A stretch of 64,000 nt of DNA from an uncultured Chloroflexia bacterium (GCA_963766735.1 CAVYBU010000025.1:1-64000); one strand, 5' to 3'; counted from the first letter of the stretch, positions 42,223 to 53,606 are shown. Notes: generated by a model not told the origin, from the letters alone. Program-made: numbers and translations.

Positions 42223-43862
42223 TCAGCTTTGCCCGGGCACGCGAGCAGGCGGAACATTCGAATCTACGGCACCGCCCGGTGCGCCGACACCCTGGGCCCA
42301 CTCCATGGGCTCTTGCTTGTCTCCGTAGTATCCACCGTACCCTCGGTGGGCATGAGCCGGAACCCGGTTGAGAACGGCGCCGAGGGTCTTCGCCCCGGCC
42401 CTCACCAGCGACTCCTGCGCCAAACGGACGACCCGCCGTCTACTCCGCCCCGCGTCGATGACGAGGAGCGTCCCGTCCGACGAATGAGCTCAACACCGCG
42501 GCGTCCGTGACCGCCTGGAGTGGCGGGCTGTCGAAGATGACGAGGTCGGCACTCTGCTGCAGACGTCCCAGGACGACCTGCATGCGATGCGAACCCGAGC
42601 AGCTCGGCCGGGTTCGGCGGTAGCGGGCCGGTGGTCAGGACCCGAAGGTTGGGCTGCTCGGTCGCCTGGGCAATCGCGTCGATGGTCACCGCGTCGTCGC
42701 GCAGCAGCGTCGTCAGGCCGTGGATGTTGGGCAGGTCGAACATGAGGTGCAGCCCCGGCTTCCGGAGGTCCGCATCCACCAGGACGACAGTTCGTCCGGC
42801 CTGCGCGAAGACGACGGCGAGGTTCGACGCCGTAACGGTCTTGCCCTCGCCCGGGGTCGCACTCGTGACGAGCAGGGTGCCGCAGCGGCGCATCCACCGA
42901 GGCGAACTCGACGTTCGCGCGCAGCGTGCGATACGCCTCGGCGACGCTCGACCGCGGGAAGAGGATGACGGCGAGCTGATAGAACTCACGCCGTCGCCAG
43001 CGTGGTCTTCGTGCCGGCGATCGTCCCCAGGGTGCTGCAGTCCGGTGACCTCCTGGACGGCCTCGGCGTCCTTGATGGAATCATCAAGCTGCTCAGCCAG
43101 GAATGCGATGCCGGCGACAACGAGCAGTCCCAGGCACGCGGCCAGGAGCGTGTTCAGGAGGGTCCTCGGCAGGATATTCGAAGTCGGAGTGTCGGCCGGC
43201 TCGACGACCGTGAGCAGGTTGGTGGCGGTCCCCGATGAGAAGGAGAGCAGCGTCGCGTATGTCGAACGCAGGCTGGCCAAGCGTCCCTCGAGGGCCTGCA
43301 GCTCCGTCTCCTGGTCCGCGGTCCGATCCTCGACCGCGATGAGGGCGTCTGCTCGTACCTGGGTCGCCTCGATGAGGTCCTGGGTGGCCACGAGATCCTG
43401 ATCGATCGATTTCAGGAAGGCAGCCTCGCGGCCCTGGATCTGGGGTGAGACGGCGATCAACTGTTCAGCCAATGCGTTTGCGATGGCAGCGGCGCGAGCC
43501 GGGACCGTGTCCTGCGCGGTGATTGAGAGCAGGGTGCTGTCGCGGGGCGAGTCGACGGCCACTCTCGTTTCGAGTTCGCTGGGCGTTGTCTCGAGGCCGA
43601 GATCCTCGATCACGCTCTCGAGCCGCGGCCGGGTCTTCGCGATCGCCGCGTACGTCGCCGACAGGTTCTGCGCGACGAGGAACTGGGTGTAGTCGGGGTT
43701 CGCGGCCGAGAGCGCCTGGCCGACGATCAGCGTCGCCTTCGCCTCGTAGACCTTCTGCTGGAGGTTGCTGACGACGAATGCGGCGGTGCCGGCCAACAAT
43801 GCGGCCACCACCATGAGCGGGAGCCATGTCCGAGTCATGGCGATCAGTCGGCGGAGATCCAC
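42223..43862 (-). CDS. Wzc/CpsCD-type co-polymerase and BY-kinase; several frameshifts between 43040 and 42420
   Basis: Wzz-like N-terminus; TSATPGEGKT Walker A, LVDADLRKP, PPNPAELL, GAVLNR, Tyr-rich GYGGYYG tail. Confidence 0.85.
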
Positions 43863-44012
43863 GGGGCGTCACTCTCTCTGACCAGCGTGCGGGGCGTTCT
43901 GAGCCTCAGCGCGAACGGCGCATCACGAATCATCGACCACCATATCCGGGACCGTCAACCATACCTATCGGCCGATTGTCCTGAACGCAGCCCGCCGCAA
44001 GTACTACGCGCC

Positions 44013-44653
44013 TCAGCGAACGACGGTCCAGACTGTCTTCAGGAGGATCTGCAGGTCCAACAGTGTCGTCCGGCGATCGAGGTACTCCGCATCCAGCCTG
44101 AGCTTCGCCGGGAGAATCTCCTCGCGATATCGGCGCTCTGCGTCGGGGCCGACCAGGAGCTGCGCCTCGTTGTGGAACTCGAGCTGAGCCAGGCCAGTGA
44201 TGCCCGGTCTGGCCGAGAAGACGCGCCGATGCAGAGGATTGGATAGGTCTACGTAGGCGGGATCCTCGGGGCGCGGCCCGACGAGCGACATCTCTCCGCG
44301 AACGACGTTGACCAACTGCGGAAGCTCGTCGATCCGGATAGCGGCGGAGGACCCGGCCCAACGGCGTCACCCGCGGATCCCGAGCCATGGTCACTCTCGC
44401 CCCATCTGAGCTCGGGGTCATCGTCCGAACCTTCAGGATCGTGAAGGCCCTGGCGCCTTCGCCAACCCGTCGAGGCGCGGAAGAAGAAGGGTCCGCGGTC
44501 CCCCGACAGACGCATCGCCATCGCAGCCCCGGCGAGGATCGGCGCGGCGATTGCGAGCGCGATCGAGCCGAGGGTAAGATCAACAAGGCGCTTCAAGTCC
44601 AAATCGTCCGCTCCCCGGGCGCCGGCGATGGTCGTGTACCCGCCGGACGCCAC
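44013..44653 (-). CDS. Priming sugar-phosphate transferase (Bac_transf); frameshifted
   Basis: LKRLVDL, KVRTM, DPRVT..GR.LR, GEMSLVGPRPE, RPGITGLAQ; start uncertain. Confidence 0.85.
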
Positions 44654-44910
44654 GTGCCGAGGATACTGAGGAATCCGCCGCGGGACCCTTGACTTCCGGG
44701 CGATCAGCGGTGCGCTCGCGCAACGGTTATGTGCTCCTGAGCACGAACACGGCAGCCAATGGTACTAGGCGGGCCGCGCGGATTGGCATAACGTACAGAT
44801 CCGAACGCACTCGGGGCACAAGCCGGCTAGAACAGGTCCCCCGAGTTTCGGCGTCATCTCGGCGAAGGATGACGCTAGTCCACCGAGGCGCATCGACAGA
44901 AGGGGGTCTA

Positions 44911-46998
44911 TTGGCTGTCCGCCGCTCGATCCGGGCACCGCTTTCGCTGGGTCCTGTCCCCTCCGCGCCTCACCGCGACGGAGCGGCGTTCAGGCCGTCA
45001 CGGCTGTCGTCCGATCGCGCCGGTCTTCCAATTGTCGGCTATCTGCGCGGGCGCCACCTCCTCGTCATCGACCTGATCGGGATCGTCGTCGCCTCCTACA
45101 TTGCCCTCGCCCTCCGCTTCGACCGGGTCACCGCGCCATTCCTCGTCCCCAACTTCCTCCTCGTCGTCGGCCTCCTGCTTGCCGTCCGCACGACGACCAA
45201 CGTCCGCGTAGGCCTCTACAGCCGGCGCTGGCGCTTTGCGACCGTGTCCGACCTGGAGCGGATCGTGGCAGCGACCGCCATCGGCTCTGGGATCGCGATC
45301 GTGATCTTCTACGGTTCGTACCTGCTGGTCCACGCCACGTGGGCCGATGGGTTCCCGCGTTCGTTCTGGCTGATCGAGCTCCTGTTGGCGACCGCGATCC
45401 TCGGCGGCGTGCGCTTTGGGATCCGCGCCGCATCTGAGGCGAGGCCGAGCGATCGAACGAATGTCGACGACAGCCGGGCGACCTTGCTCTACGGCGCCGG
45501 CCGCACTGGCGTCCTGCTGGCTCGCTCCGCGGCCCGGGACCCGGACGCGGGTGTCCGCCCGGTCGGGTTCCTCGACGACGACCCGAGCCTTGCGGGCGGG
45601 ATCGTGGCTGGCTTGCCGGTCTTCGGCGGGCTCGAATCGTTGCAGCGCGCCGTGGCCGAGACGGAGGCGCTGACCCTGCTCATCACCATGCCCGGCGCGC
45701 CGGGGAGCGCAGTCCGGCAGGTCTTCGACGCCGCGCTTGCGCTGAACCTCGAGGTTCGCACCGTCCCGTCGGTGAGCGACCTGCTCGACGGGAGCGTGGA
45801 TGCCTACCGCGTCCGCCGGGTCCGCGTCGAGGACCTCCTGCGGCGACCGATGGTCACGGAGCACGCTGCCGGAGTCGAGGAGATCATCCGTGATCAGACC
45901 GTGCTCATCACCGGTGGCGGCGGGTCGATCGGATCGGAGCTTGCCCGCCAGGCGTGGGCGCTCGGACCCCGTCGTCTGATCCTGGTCGATCGGGCGGAGA
46001 GCTCGCTTTACATGGTCCAGCGCGAGCTGAGCGCGCGTCGCAATCGCGGGCACGGGAGCGGGGACCTCAGGATCCACCTTGCGAATGTCGCCAGCAGGCC
46101 GGCCATGGACCGGCTCATCGCCGCGGAGCGGCCGAGCGTGATCTTCCATGCCGCCGCGTACAAGCACGTGCCGATGATGGAAGAGCACCCGTCGGACGCC
46201 ACACACGTGAACATCGGCGGCACGAGGGTCATGCTCGACGCGGCCGCGGCGGCTGGAGTGGACCGCTTCGTGTTCGTGTCGACTGACAAGGCCGTCCGGC
46301 CGTCAAGCGTGATGGGCGCCAGCAAGCGGATCGCGGAGATGCTCGTGGCCGACACGGCCCACCGCACCGGGCGCCCGTACGTGTCGGTCCGCTTCGGGAA
46401 TGTCCTGGGCTCCACGGGGAGCGTCGTGCCGATCTTCCAGGAGCAGCTGGAGAACGGAGAACCGCTCACCGTCACGCATCCCGACATGACCCGGTATTTC
46501 ATGACGATCCCCGAAGCCGCGTGGCTGATCCTCGATGCGGCCGCGCTCGGCACCGACGGGGACCTGTTCGTGCTGGACATGGGCGAGCCGGTCCGGGTCA
46601 TGGACCTTGCCCGGGACCTCGTCCGGCTCGCCGGGCGCGATCCCGACACCCAGCCCTTCGAGATCGTCGGCCTGCGGCCTGGCGAGAAGCTTCACGAGGA
46701 GCTGTTCTACGACGTAGAGCAGGTCCGGCCCACACCCAGCGAGAAGGTCCTGCGCGCGATCGCGCCGCCGTCGCCAACCGACATCCGCGGGGATGTGGCC
46801 CGGCTGATGGCGCTGGCGACCGGCGACGACGAGGAGATGCTGGGCCAGGCGCTGCTCACCTACGTACGGGCGCACGACGGGTGGCCGATGTCCTCGAGGA
46901 AGGTCGCCGGACAGCCGGTGGCGGGTCCTCGCGGCATCGCCGAGATCACCCACGGCTGGTTGGGGGCATCTGGGGCGGCAGGCGCCGCTCTCCAGTGA
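44911..46998 (+). CDS. CapD/PglF/WbpM nucleotide-sugar 4,6-dehydratase
   Basis: N-terminal TMs, TGGGGSIGSEL, HAAAYKHVP, STDKAV, RFGNVLGS, GLRPGEKL; start uncertain (44869 or 44911). Confidence 0.9.
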   Translation: MAVRRSIRAPLSLGPVPSAPHRDGAAFRPSRLSSDRAGLPIVGYLRGRHLLVIDLIGIVVASYIALALRFDRVTAPFLVPNFLLVVGLLLAVRTTTNVRVGLYSRRWRFATVSDLERIVAATAIGSGIAIVIFYGSYLLVHATWADGFPRSFWLIELLLATAILGGVRFGIRAASEARPSDRTNVDDSRATLLYGAGRTGVLLARSAARDPDAGVRPVGFLDDDPSLAGGIVAGLPVFGGLESLQRAVAETEALTLLITMPGAPGSAVRQVFDAALALNLEVRTVPSVSDLLDGSVDAYRVRRVRVEDLLRRPMVTEHAAGVEEIIRDQTVLITGGGGSIGSELARQAWALGPRRLILVDRAESSLYMVQRELSARRNRGHGSGDLRIHLANVASRPAMDRLIAAERPSVIFHAAAYKHVPMMEEHPSDATHVNIGGTRVMLDAAAAAGVDRFVFVSTDKAVRPSSVMGASKRIAEMLVADTAHRTGRPYVSVRFGNVLGSTGSVVPIFQEQLENGEPLTVTHPDMTRYFMTIPEAAWLILDAAALGTDGDLFVLDMGEPVRVMDLARDLVRLAGRDPDTQPFEIVGLRPGEKLHEELFYDVEQVRPTPSEKVLRAIAPPSPTDIRGDVARLMALATGDDEEMLGQALLTYVRAHDGWPMSSRKVAGQPVAGPRGIAEITHGWLGASGAAGAALQ

Positions 46999-48189
46999 CC
47001 GAATCGGACACCCGTCCATACCTGCCGTTCGCGCGTCCGTCGATCACCCAGCGCGAGAAGGACGCGGTCCTCGAGGTCCTCGACTCGGGCTGGCTCACGA
47101 CCGGGCCGCGGGCGAAGCTGTTCGAGGAGCGGTTCGCGGCGGTCGTCGGCAGTCGGCACGCCGTCGCCCTGAACTCGGCGACGGCCGCCCTGCACCTCGC
47201 GCTGGAGGCGCTCGGCGTAGGGGCCGGCGATGAGGTCATCGTCCCGACCTGGACCTTCGCCGCCAGCGCCGAGGTCGTCGCCTACCGGGGCGCACGGCCG
47301 GTCCTGGTCGACGTCGATCGACAGACGCTCAACGCCACGCCAGAGGCCATCCTGGCCGCGGTCACGCCACGGACACAGGGCGGTCGTGGCCGTGCACATT
47401 GCCGGAATGCCGTGCGAGATCGAGCGCCTGGTCTCATTGCTCGGGGACCGCGGTATCGCGGTCGTCGAGGATGCGGCGCATGCGTTCCCCAGCCGGATCG
47501 GGGGCCCGGCGGGGCGCTATGCCGGCACGATCGGGCGCGCCGGCGCATTCTCCTTCTATGCCACGAAGACGATCACGACCGGCGAGGGCGGGATGCTGGT
47601 CACCGATGACGACGCGATCGCAGCCCGGGCGCGCGTGATGTCACTCCACGGAATCAGCCGCGACGCATGGAACCGGTACACGGCGAGCGGATCGTGGTAC
47701 TACGAGATCGAGGACGCCGGCTACAAGTACAACATGACCGACATCGCTGCGGCTCTCGGGCTCGTCCAGCTGGAGCGGGCCGAGGAGCTTCTCGCCGCGC
47801 GCAGGTCGATCGCCGCCGCATACACGGATGGGTTCCGCGCGTCGGCCGCGTCTGACCTGCTCGACCTGCCGGAGGACACCCGCGACGGCTCGCACGCCTG
47901 GCATCTCTACGTCGTTCGCCTGGCGCTCGACCGACTGGGCGTCGATCGGGCGGCGGTTATGACGGCCCTCCGCGAGGCAGGGATCGGTGCCAGCGTCCAC
48001 TTCATCCCGCTCCACCTGCACCCGTACTACCGGAGGCACTGGGGCACGCGCCCGGAGGATTACCCGGTGGCGACACGGGAATACGACCGCGTGATCTCGC
48101 TGCCGATCTGGCCCGGTATGACGGCCGAGGACGTCGGGCGCGTGGTCGCGGCTCTGGGAGCCATCCTGGACGGCGCTCGCCTGCGTTGA
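46995..48189 (+). CDS. DegT/DnrJ/EryC1/StrS aminotransferase; frameshift near 47378
   Basis: LPFARP, GWLTTGP, EDAAHA, FSFYATK, GYKYNMTD. Confidence 0.88.
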
Positions 48190-48730
48190 GGTGGTTCCGC
48201 GATCCCATCAACGGACTCGGCGACTACATCGGGTTCCTGCCGGGCATCGTCGTCTCGATCGTGCTCGCGCTGGCCCTGTCGAGCCGGGTCGCCGGGAGAT
48301 TGCGCGTCTCCCGCGCGCTGGCGATCCTGCTCATGATGAGCCTGGGCGTCGTCCTTGCCGCAACGATCACGCCGAGCCGTGACGCAGTGCTGTACGGCGC
48401 CCAAGGGGCCGCGGGATGCGACCTGTCCCGGCTGGGGCCGGCGCCGTGGTCGGCGTATCTGCACCTCGACGACACGAGCCTGAATGTCCTCTTGTTCATC
48501 CCGCTCGGAATGCTGATCGGCATGTTGCCGCGCTCGCCGTATCGGTGGCCGATCGTCGCTGGAGCGGTCATCCTGCCGTTCGCAGTCGAGGGCTTCCAGC
48601 TCGTCGCCACGCCGCTGGGCCGCGCGTGCCAGAGCGCGGACGTGTGGACAACCTGATGGGCCTGTTCATCGGGCTCGCTGCCGGCTGGGTGGCCGGGAGG
48701 TTGTGGCGGAGGGACCGGGCCGACGCGTAG
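48186..48730 (+). CDS. VanZ family membrane protein; frameshift near 48645
   Basis: LNVLLFIPLG, VEGFQL, GRACQSADV, NLMG. Confidence 0.75.
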
Positions 48731-48970
48731 CGCCCTGCCGGGTAGATCGCCGGGCCTGCTCCCGCCGCCCCGCTCCGGCGCCACCGGGATGCTGGCGGCC
48801 CAGGGCATCGCCTACCAGACGGGGGCGTCGCCCATGCCGTGGCAGGCTCCGATGGGTTGGATGGTGGCGAGGGAGCTTCTGATCGATATCGCCAGGTGGA
48901 GGCCGTCTGAGCCACCTACGATGTGGCCGGAACCGGCAACTGTGCACGTTGATGGAAGAAGGGCGGCCAC

Positions 48971-49354
48971 ATGGCGCAAGAACTCGGCGAGTGGGCGGTC
49001 AACTACCTCCCAGAGGAAGGTGGCCGGTACACGGGCAAGTTGGCCGTCACCGATGAGAAGGTGACCTTCGTGTCGCTCTACGAATCGAGCAACAGGACAG
49101 TCGTGAAGGCCATCTTCCTCAGCGTCGGGTCCTTTGCAGCGGCCGGCGGCCACACTGTGTATCGCTACTCGAACGACGACGAGGCGCGGGTGGAGTTGCC
49201 GGTAGCTGAGATCGCCCAGGTGAAGGCAACCAAGAAGTGGTTGCTGAAACAGGCAGTGGTGACCATGAATGATGGTCAAGTGTTCGTGTTCGACTACGGC
49301 ATGCTGGACGCCAAGAAGATCGTCGCTGCAATAGCCTCTGTCATCCCCGGCTGA
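48971..49354 (+). CDS. Hypothetical protein (possible PH-like beta fold)
   Basis: RBS, clean 127-aa ORF, GKLAVTDEKVTF motif; more AT-rich than its neighbours. Confidence 0.65.
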   Translation: MAQELGEWAVNYLPEEGGRYTGKLAVTDEKVTFVSLYESSNRTVVKAIFLSVGSFAAAGGHTVYRYSNDDEARVELPVAEIAQVKATKKWLLKQAVVTMNDGQVFVFDYGMLDAKKIVAAIASVIPG

Positions 49355-49406
49355 CACGGAGTCCTCCCGGCGGGTCCGTCGTCGCCGAACGCCGCCCCCC
49401 GGCCCC

Positions 49407-50135
49407 TCAGCTGATCGTGTCCCCCGGCGCCCAGGCGATCACCTCCGCCGACAGCCCGCGGGCCCGCACCGCCGCCTCCAGCTGAGCCGGGGTCCCCGCG
49501 AGCAGCGGGAACGTGCCCCAGTGGATCGGTGCCACGTGGCTCACGCCCAGCAGCTCCACCGCCAGCGCGGCCGCGACCGGGTCCATCGTGTAGTGGCCGC
49601 CGATCGGCAGCAGCGCGAGGTCCGGCTTGAACAGCTCCCGGATGAGCGCCATGTCGCCGAACACCGCCGTGTCGCCGGCGTGGTAGACGCGGAACCCGTT
49701 CTCCATCTCGACGACGAACCCGGCGGGCTCGCCCAGGTAGAGCGTGGTCCCGCCGTCCGGGTTCCAGTCGCCGGCGGAGTGCTCGGCCCCGGTCATGGAC
49801 ACCCGCAGGCCCGCGACCTCGACGGTGCCGCCCTTGTTCATGCCCGTGAGCTGGTCGGCGCCGCCCGGGAGCCGTCGCGAGAGCCACAGGCTCATCTCGT
49901 GGATGCACGGCCAGGCGGGTCGCAGCCGGGCCGCCAGGGCGATCGCGTCGCCCATGTGGTCTCCGTGCCCGTGGGTGACGAGCAGGAGGTCGCACCGGTC
50001 CACGGTGTCGGCGGACCTCGGGCTCATCGGGTTGCCAAGCCAGGGATCGATCAGGACGCGCTTCCCGCCCGGCGTCGCGATCTCGACGGCCGCATGTCCG
50101 AGCCACGTGATGGATGTGTCCCGCCCGATCGACAT
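49407..50135 (-). CDS. Metallo-beta-lactamase fold hydrolase (UPF0173-like)
   Basis: ITWLGHA, LIDPW, THGHGDH, HAGDT, LPIGG, PIHWGTFP. Confidence 0.9.
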   Translation of the reverse strand: MSIGRDTSITWLGHAAVEIATPGGKRVLIDPWLGNPMSPRSADTVDRCDLLLVTHGHGDHMGDAIALAARLRPAWPCIHEMSLWLSRRLPGGADQLTGMNKGGTVEVAGLRVSMTGAEHSAGDWNPDGGTTLYLGEPAGFVVEMENGFRVYHAGDTAVFGDMALIRELFKPDLALLPIGGHYTMDPVAAALAVELLGVSHVAPIHWGTFPLLAGTPAQLEAAVRARGLSAEVIAWAPGDTIS

Positions 50136-50259
50136 CGAAGCCTCCTGCTGCCGCCCGGCGGCCGTCCTGCTGCACCGTCCCCCGGTCGGCCCGGGCACCC
50201 ACTGTCCGGCGCCGACTCCCATTATCCGGCGCCGGGGCGTCGGCGGCTACACTCCGGCC

Positions 50260-51099
50260 GTGCCCGCGGAGCAGATCGCCTCCAACCTCGCGCTCGTCAA
50301 CTGGACGGTCCTGACCGGACTCGCGGTCGGGTCGTTCGTGCTGGTCGCGTTCGCGCGCCTGCGCACGGCCGCAACGAAGGGATACCTCGCGTTCACCGCG
50401 ATCTGCGCGACGGGGTTCGGGGCCCTGGCCTACCTCTCGGACACGGCGCTGCCGGCCATCTCCGCCGGCTCGCCCGTGACGGCCGACCCTGCGTTCGACG
50501 GCGCCCGGCGCGCGGCCCTCGTCGTGTTCGTGATCCTGGCCCTGGCCACGACGATCGTCATCTCGCGGGGAGGGCGTGCCGTCGTCCCGGGTGTCGCTGG
50601 AGCGGTCGCCGGCCTGGCGGCCCTCCTGCTGGGCGGCCTCACGTGGGGCGGCAGCCCGATAGGCGTCGCGATGCTCACGCTCCAGCTCGTGGTCCTGTCG
50701 CTGGCGGCCGGCGGCGTCTTCGGCGCGATGATCCTGGGGCACTGGTACCTGGTCACGCCCAAGCTGCCGGAGGCACCGCTGGTCCGCGTCTCGCTGGGGC
50801 TGCTGTGGGTGGTCGCGCTGCAGGTCGTCCTGTTCGTGCTCTGGGTGGGGACCGGGGCGGGGCCGGGCGCCGAGGGCGGACCCTTCGCGGCGCTGTTCGG
50901 GCCGTGGGCGCTGTTCGTGTGGCTCAGGCTGCTGGTGGGACTCGTGTTCCCGCTCGTGGTGTCGTGGGCGGCGCTGCAGACGGCGCGGACACGGTCGATG
51001 GAGTCGGCGACGGGCCTGCACTACATCAACGTCGGGACGATCCTGGCGGGTACGATCCTGGCGGCCGGCCTCTACTTCGGCGCCGGGCTGCTGGTCTGA
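50260..51099 (+). CDS. Polytopic membrane protein with MILGHWYL and SATG motifs, function unknown
   Basis: About 8 hydrophobic segments; leaderless GTG 6 nt after TACACT. Confidence 0.7.
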   Translation: MPAEQIASNLALVNWTVLTGLAVGSFVLVAFARLRTAATKGYLAFTAICATGFGALAYLSDTALPAISAGSPVTADPAFDGARRAALVVFVILALATTIVISRGGRAVVPGVAGAVAGLAALLLGGLTWGGSPIGVAMLTLQLVVLSLAAGGVFGAMILGHWYLVTPKLPEAPLVRVSLGLLWVVALQVVLFVLWVGTGAGPGAEGGPFAALFGPWALFVWLRLLVGLVFPLVVSWAALQTARTRSMESATGLHYINVGTILAGTILAAGLYFGAGLLV

Positions 51100-51113
51100 A
51101 TGGAGGTTCGCAC

Positions 51114-51977
51114 ATGAGCGTCCTGCCGCCGTTGCGTATCAAGGTCCGCCTGTTCGCGATGCAGCGCGAGGCCGCGGGCATGAAGGAGCTGCGCGTCGAG
51201 GTGCCGCTCGGGTCCACGGTCGAGGACGCCTGGTCCGCGATCGTGGCGACCGTGCCTGCCCTGGCCCCCGGGCGCAAGTCGCTCCGCTTCGCTGTCAACG
51301 GCACGTACGCGAAGCCGGACACCATGCTGGCGGATGGGGACGAGGTGGCCTGCATCCCGCCCGTCAGCGGGGGCGCGGACGTCGATGCCGATGCGGGCCG
51401 GCGGATCGCGGACCGCCGGATCCTCGAGATCCGGGCCGAACCGATCCCGGAGAGCCTTCTGGCGGAGCTCATCGGCCGCCTGGCCACGGACGAGGATGGG
51501 GGAGTGGTCGCGTTCCTGGGCCGGACCCGCGTGACTCCGGGCACGCCCGCCCCCGGGCAGGAAGCGCTCGCGACCGCGAACGAGGGCAGCGCGGTGGAGG
51601 CCCTGGACTACGAGGCCTTCGAGCCGATGGCCCTGGGGGTGCTCGGGCAGATCGCGGACGAGATCGAGGCCCGCTGGGGCGTCCTGCACCTGGCGATCGT
51701 CCATCGCACCGGGTCGGTGCCGCTGGGCGACGTCTCGGTGGCTGTGGTGGCGGCCTCGCCCCATCGCGACGCGGCGTTCGAGGCGGCGCGGTACGCAATC
51801 GACGAGACGAAGGCACGGGCGCCGATCTGGAAGTCGGAACGCTTCGAGGACGGCCACGTCTGGATCGGGCATCCCGCGCGGACCGGGCCCGAGGCCTCCG
51901 TCGACCCGGCCGCCTCCATCGACGCGGGCTCGCCCGTCGACCCCACAGGCTCCATCGACCCGGTCGAGCCGGGCTGA
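51114..51977 (+). CDS. moaX: Fused molybdopterin synthase MoaD-MoaE
   Basis: VRLFA...AVN...IPPVSGG, then LDYEAF, HRTG, SPHR..AF, KARAPIWKSE. Confidence 0.88.
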   Translation: MSVLPPLRIKVRLFAMQREAAGMKELRVEVPLGSTVEDAWSAIVATVPALAPGRKSLRFAVNGTYAKPDTMLADGDEVACIPPVSGGADVDADAGRRIADRRILEIRAEPIPESLLAELIGRLATDEDGGVVAFLGRTRVTPGTPAPGQEALATANEGSAVEALDYEAFEPMALGVLGQIADEIEARWGVLHLAIVHRTGSVPLGDVSVAVVAASPHRDAAFEAARYAIDETKARAPIWKSERFEDGHVWIGHPARTGPEASVDPAASIDAGSPVDPTGSIDPVEPG

Positions 51978-52009
51978 TCGGCGTCCTGCCCGCCCGCCAT
52001 ACTCCTTCC

Positions 52010-53606
52010 ATGACGCTGTTCGGGGACGGCCGCCAACTCGATGCCCTGCGCGAGCGGGCATCCGCGCTGGCATCCGCCTGGGGCGCCGCCGCGGCCACGA
52101 CCACCACCGTCGGGCAGGAGCGCGCGATCCTGCGGATGTTCGGCGTCGGCGGGCTGGACCGGTCGGGCCGTCCGCTCGCGGCGGAGGTCGTGGAGCGCTA
52201 CCTCGCCCCGGACCCGCGCCGCCTGGGCGGCGGCATCGCCCTTCCGTTTGCCATGGCCATGGCCGAGTACGACCTGGCACCGATGGAGCTGGCGCGCGAG
52301 ATCGCGGCCGGCAACGTGGACCTGGGCCTGGAGGCGGAGCTGCTGGCGGAGCCCGACAGGCGAGCGATCGCGGTGGCCGACGCGACCCGGCTGGCCGGTG
52401 CGGCGCTGGACCGCGTGGACGCCAACCGGACCGCGCGTCGGGAGCTCGTGGCGCTCCTGGGGGACGGCCCGCGGCCGTGGCTGGGCGCGGTGCTGACTGC
52501 GCCGGCCATCATCGACGCCCTGGACGAGGCGACGGCCGCGATCGGCGCCGGGGCCACGCTGTTGCGCGTGGATGTCCCGCCCAGCCGGGAGCTGGCAGAG
52601 CGGATGGCGCGCGCCGGTGCCGCCCTGGACACGTGGCAGGCCGCGCCGTCCTCGCGCGGCGGCCTGGACTCCCATGACGCCTCGGGCCAGCCGATCCCCA
52701 CCGGCTCCCAGCGCGCGCTGTCCGTGCTGCGCCGGGCCGTGGACGAGGCCGCCGCTCGCCGGCGCGGGTACGTGCGGCTGGTCACCGACACCCCGGCCCT
52801 CGCGGCGCCGGACCAGGCCGTGGTGGCCGCCTTCGAGCGGATCGACGGGGTGGTGGCTGATCCGGTCCGTGAGATCGTCGCCGGACGGGTGGATCCCGAT
52901 CGCGCGCTGGCCGACCACGTGTTCGCCCACCGGATCCTGGCGCGGGCCGGGACGCAGGTCATCGTGCCCGCGGGCCCGCTTCTCGTCGCACCCGATCTCG
53001 CGACCGGCGTGCCATCCGATCCCGCAACACGATCCGGCCGAGCCCTCGCGCTGCAGCTGGTCGCGGTCGCCCTCGCCCGTCGAGGTGGTCTCGAGGCGTC
53101 GTCGGTGTGCGTGGGAGCGCTGCCCGACTGGCTCGTGGACGAGCCACTGGCGCCCGCGCGGGCGGCCGCCGAGATCGCGCTCCGCCGGGCGCTGCTCCCG
53201 GAGCACTCGCTGGCATTCATCGAGCCGCCGCTCGGGGCCGAGGCGGCCGCCACGTGGCACGCGATCGTGGCGGCCCTGCTGCCCGATGCCGGTGACGTCG
53301 ACGTGGTTCTCCGCCACCCTGCCGGCCACGGGGTCACCCTCGCTGGGCGTCACCCGCGGTGCGCTGGCGGTGGCGGCCGGTCTCCGCGTGTCGCGGGAGC
53401 GGCCGGAGCTCACGGGCGGGGCGGTCGAGCATGCCCGGCGCGCGATCGAGACGGCGTCGGCGACGCTCGCGTCCCTCGAGGAGCACGGCTGGCGCGAGAT
53501 CGTGGACCAGCCGCTGGGTATGGAGGCGACGCGCCTGGGCGCGGACGCCGTGGCCGAGCGGACGGAGGCATTCGACCCGCTCGCGGTGCGTGACGCCGCC
53601 CGCTGA
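52010..53606 (+). CDS. Lysine 5,6-aminomutase alpha subunit-like protein (divergent); frameshift near 53335
   Basis: TTVGQERAILRMFGV, AFERID, VDPDRALADH resemble KamD segments. Confidence 0.55.

Noticed and set aside
49521-51113. Long N-terminal extensions on the MoaX and membrane-protein ORFs
   Set aside because: They overlap other real genes; RBS and promoter evidence place the starts at 51114 and 50260.
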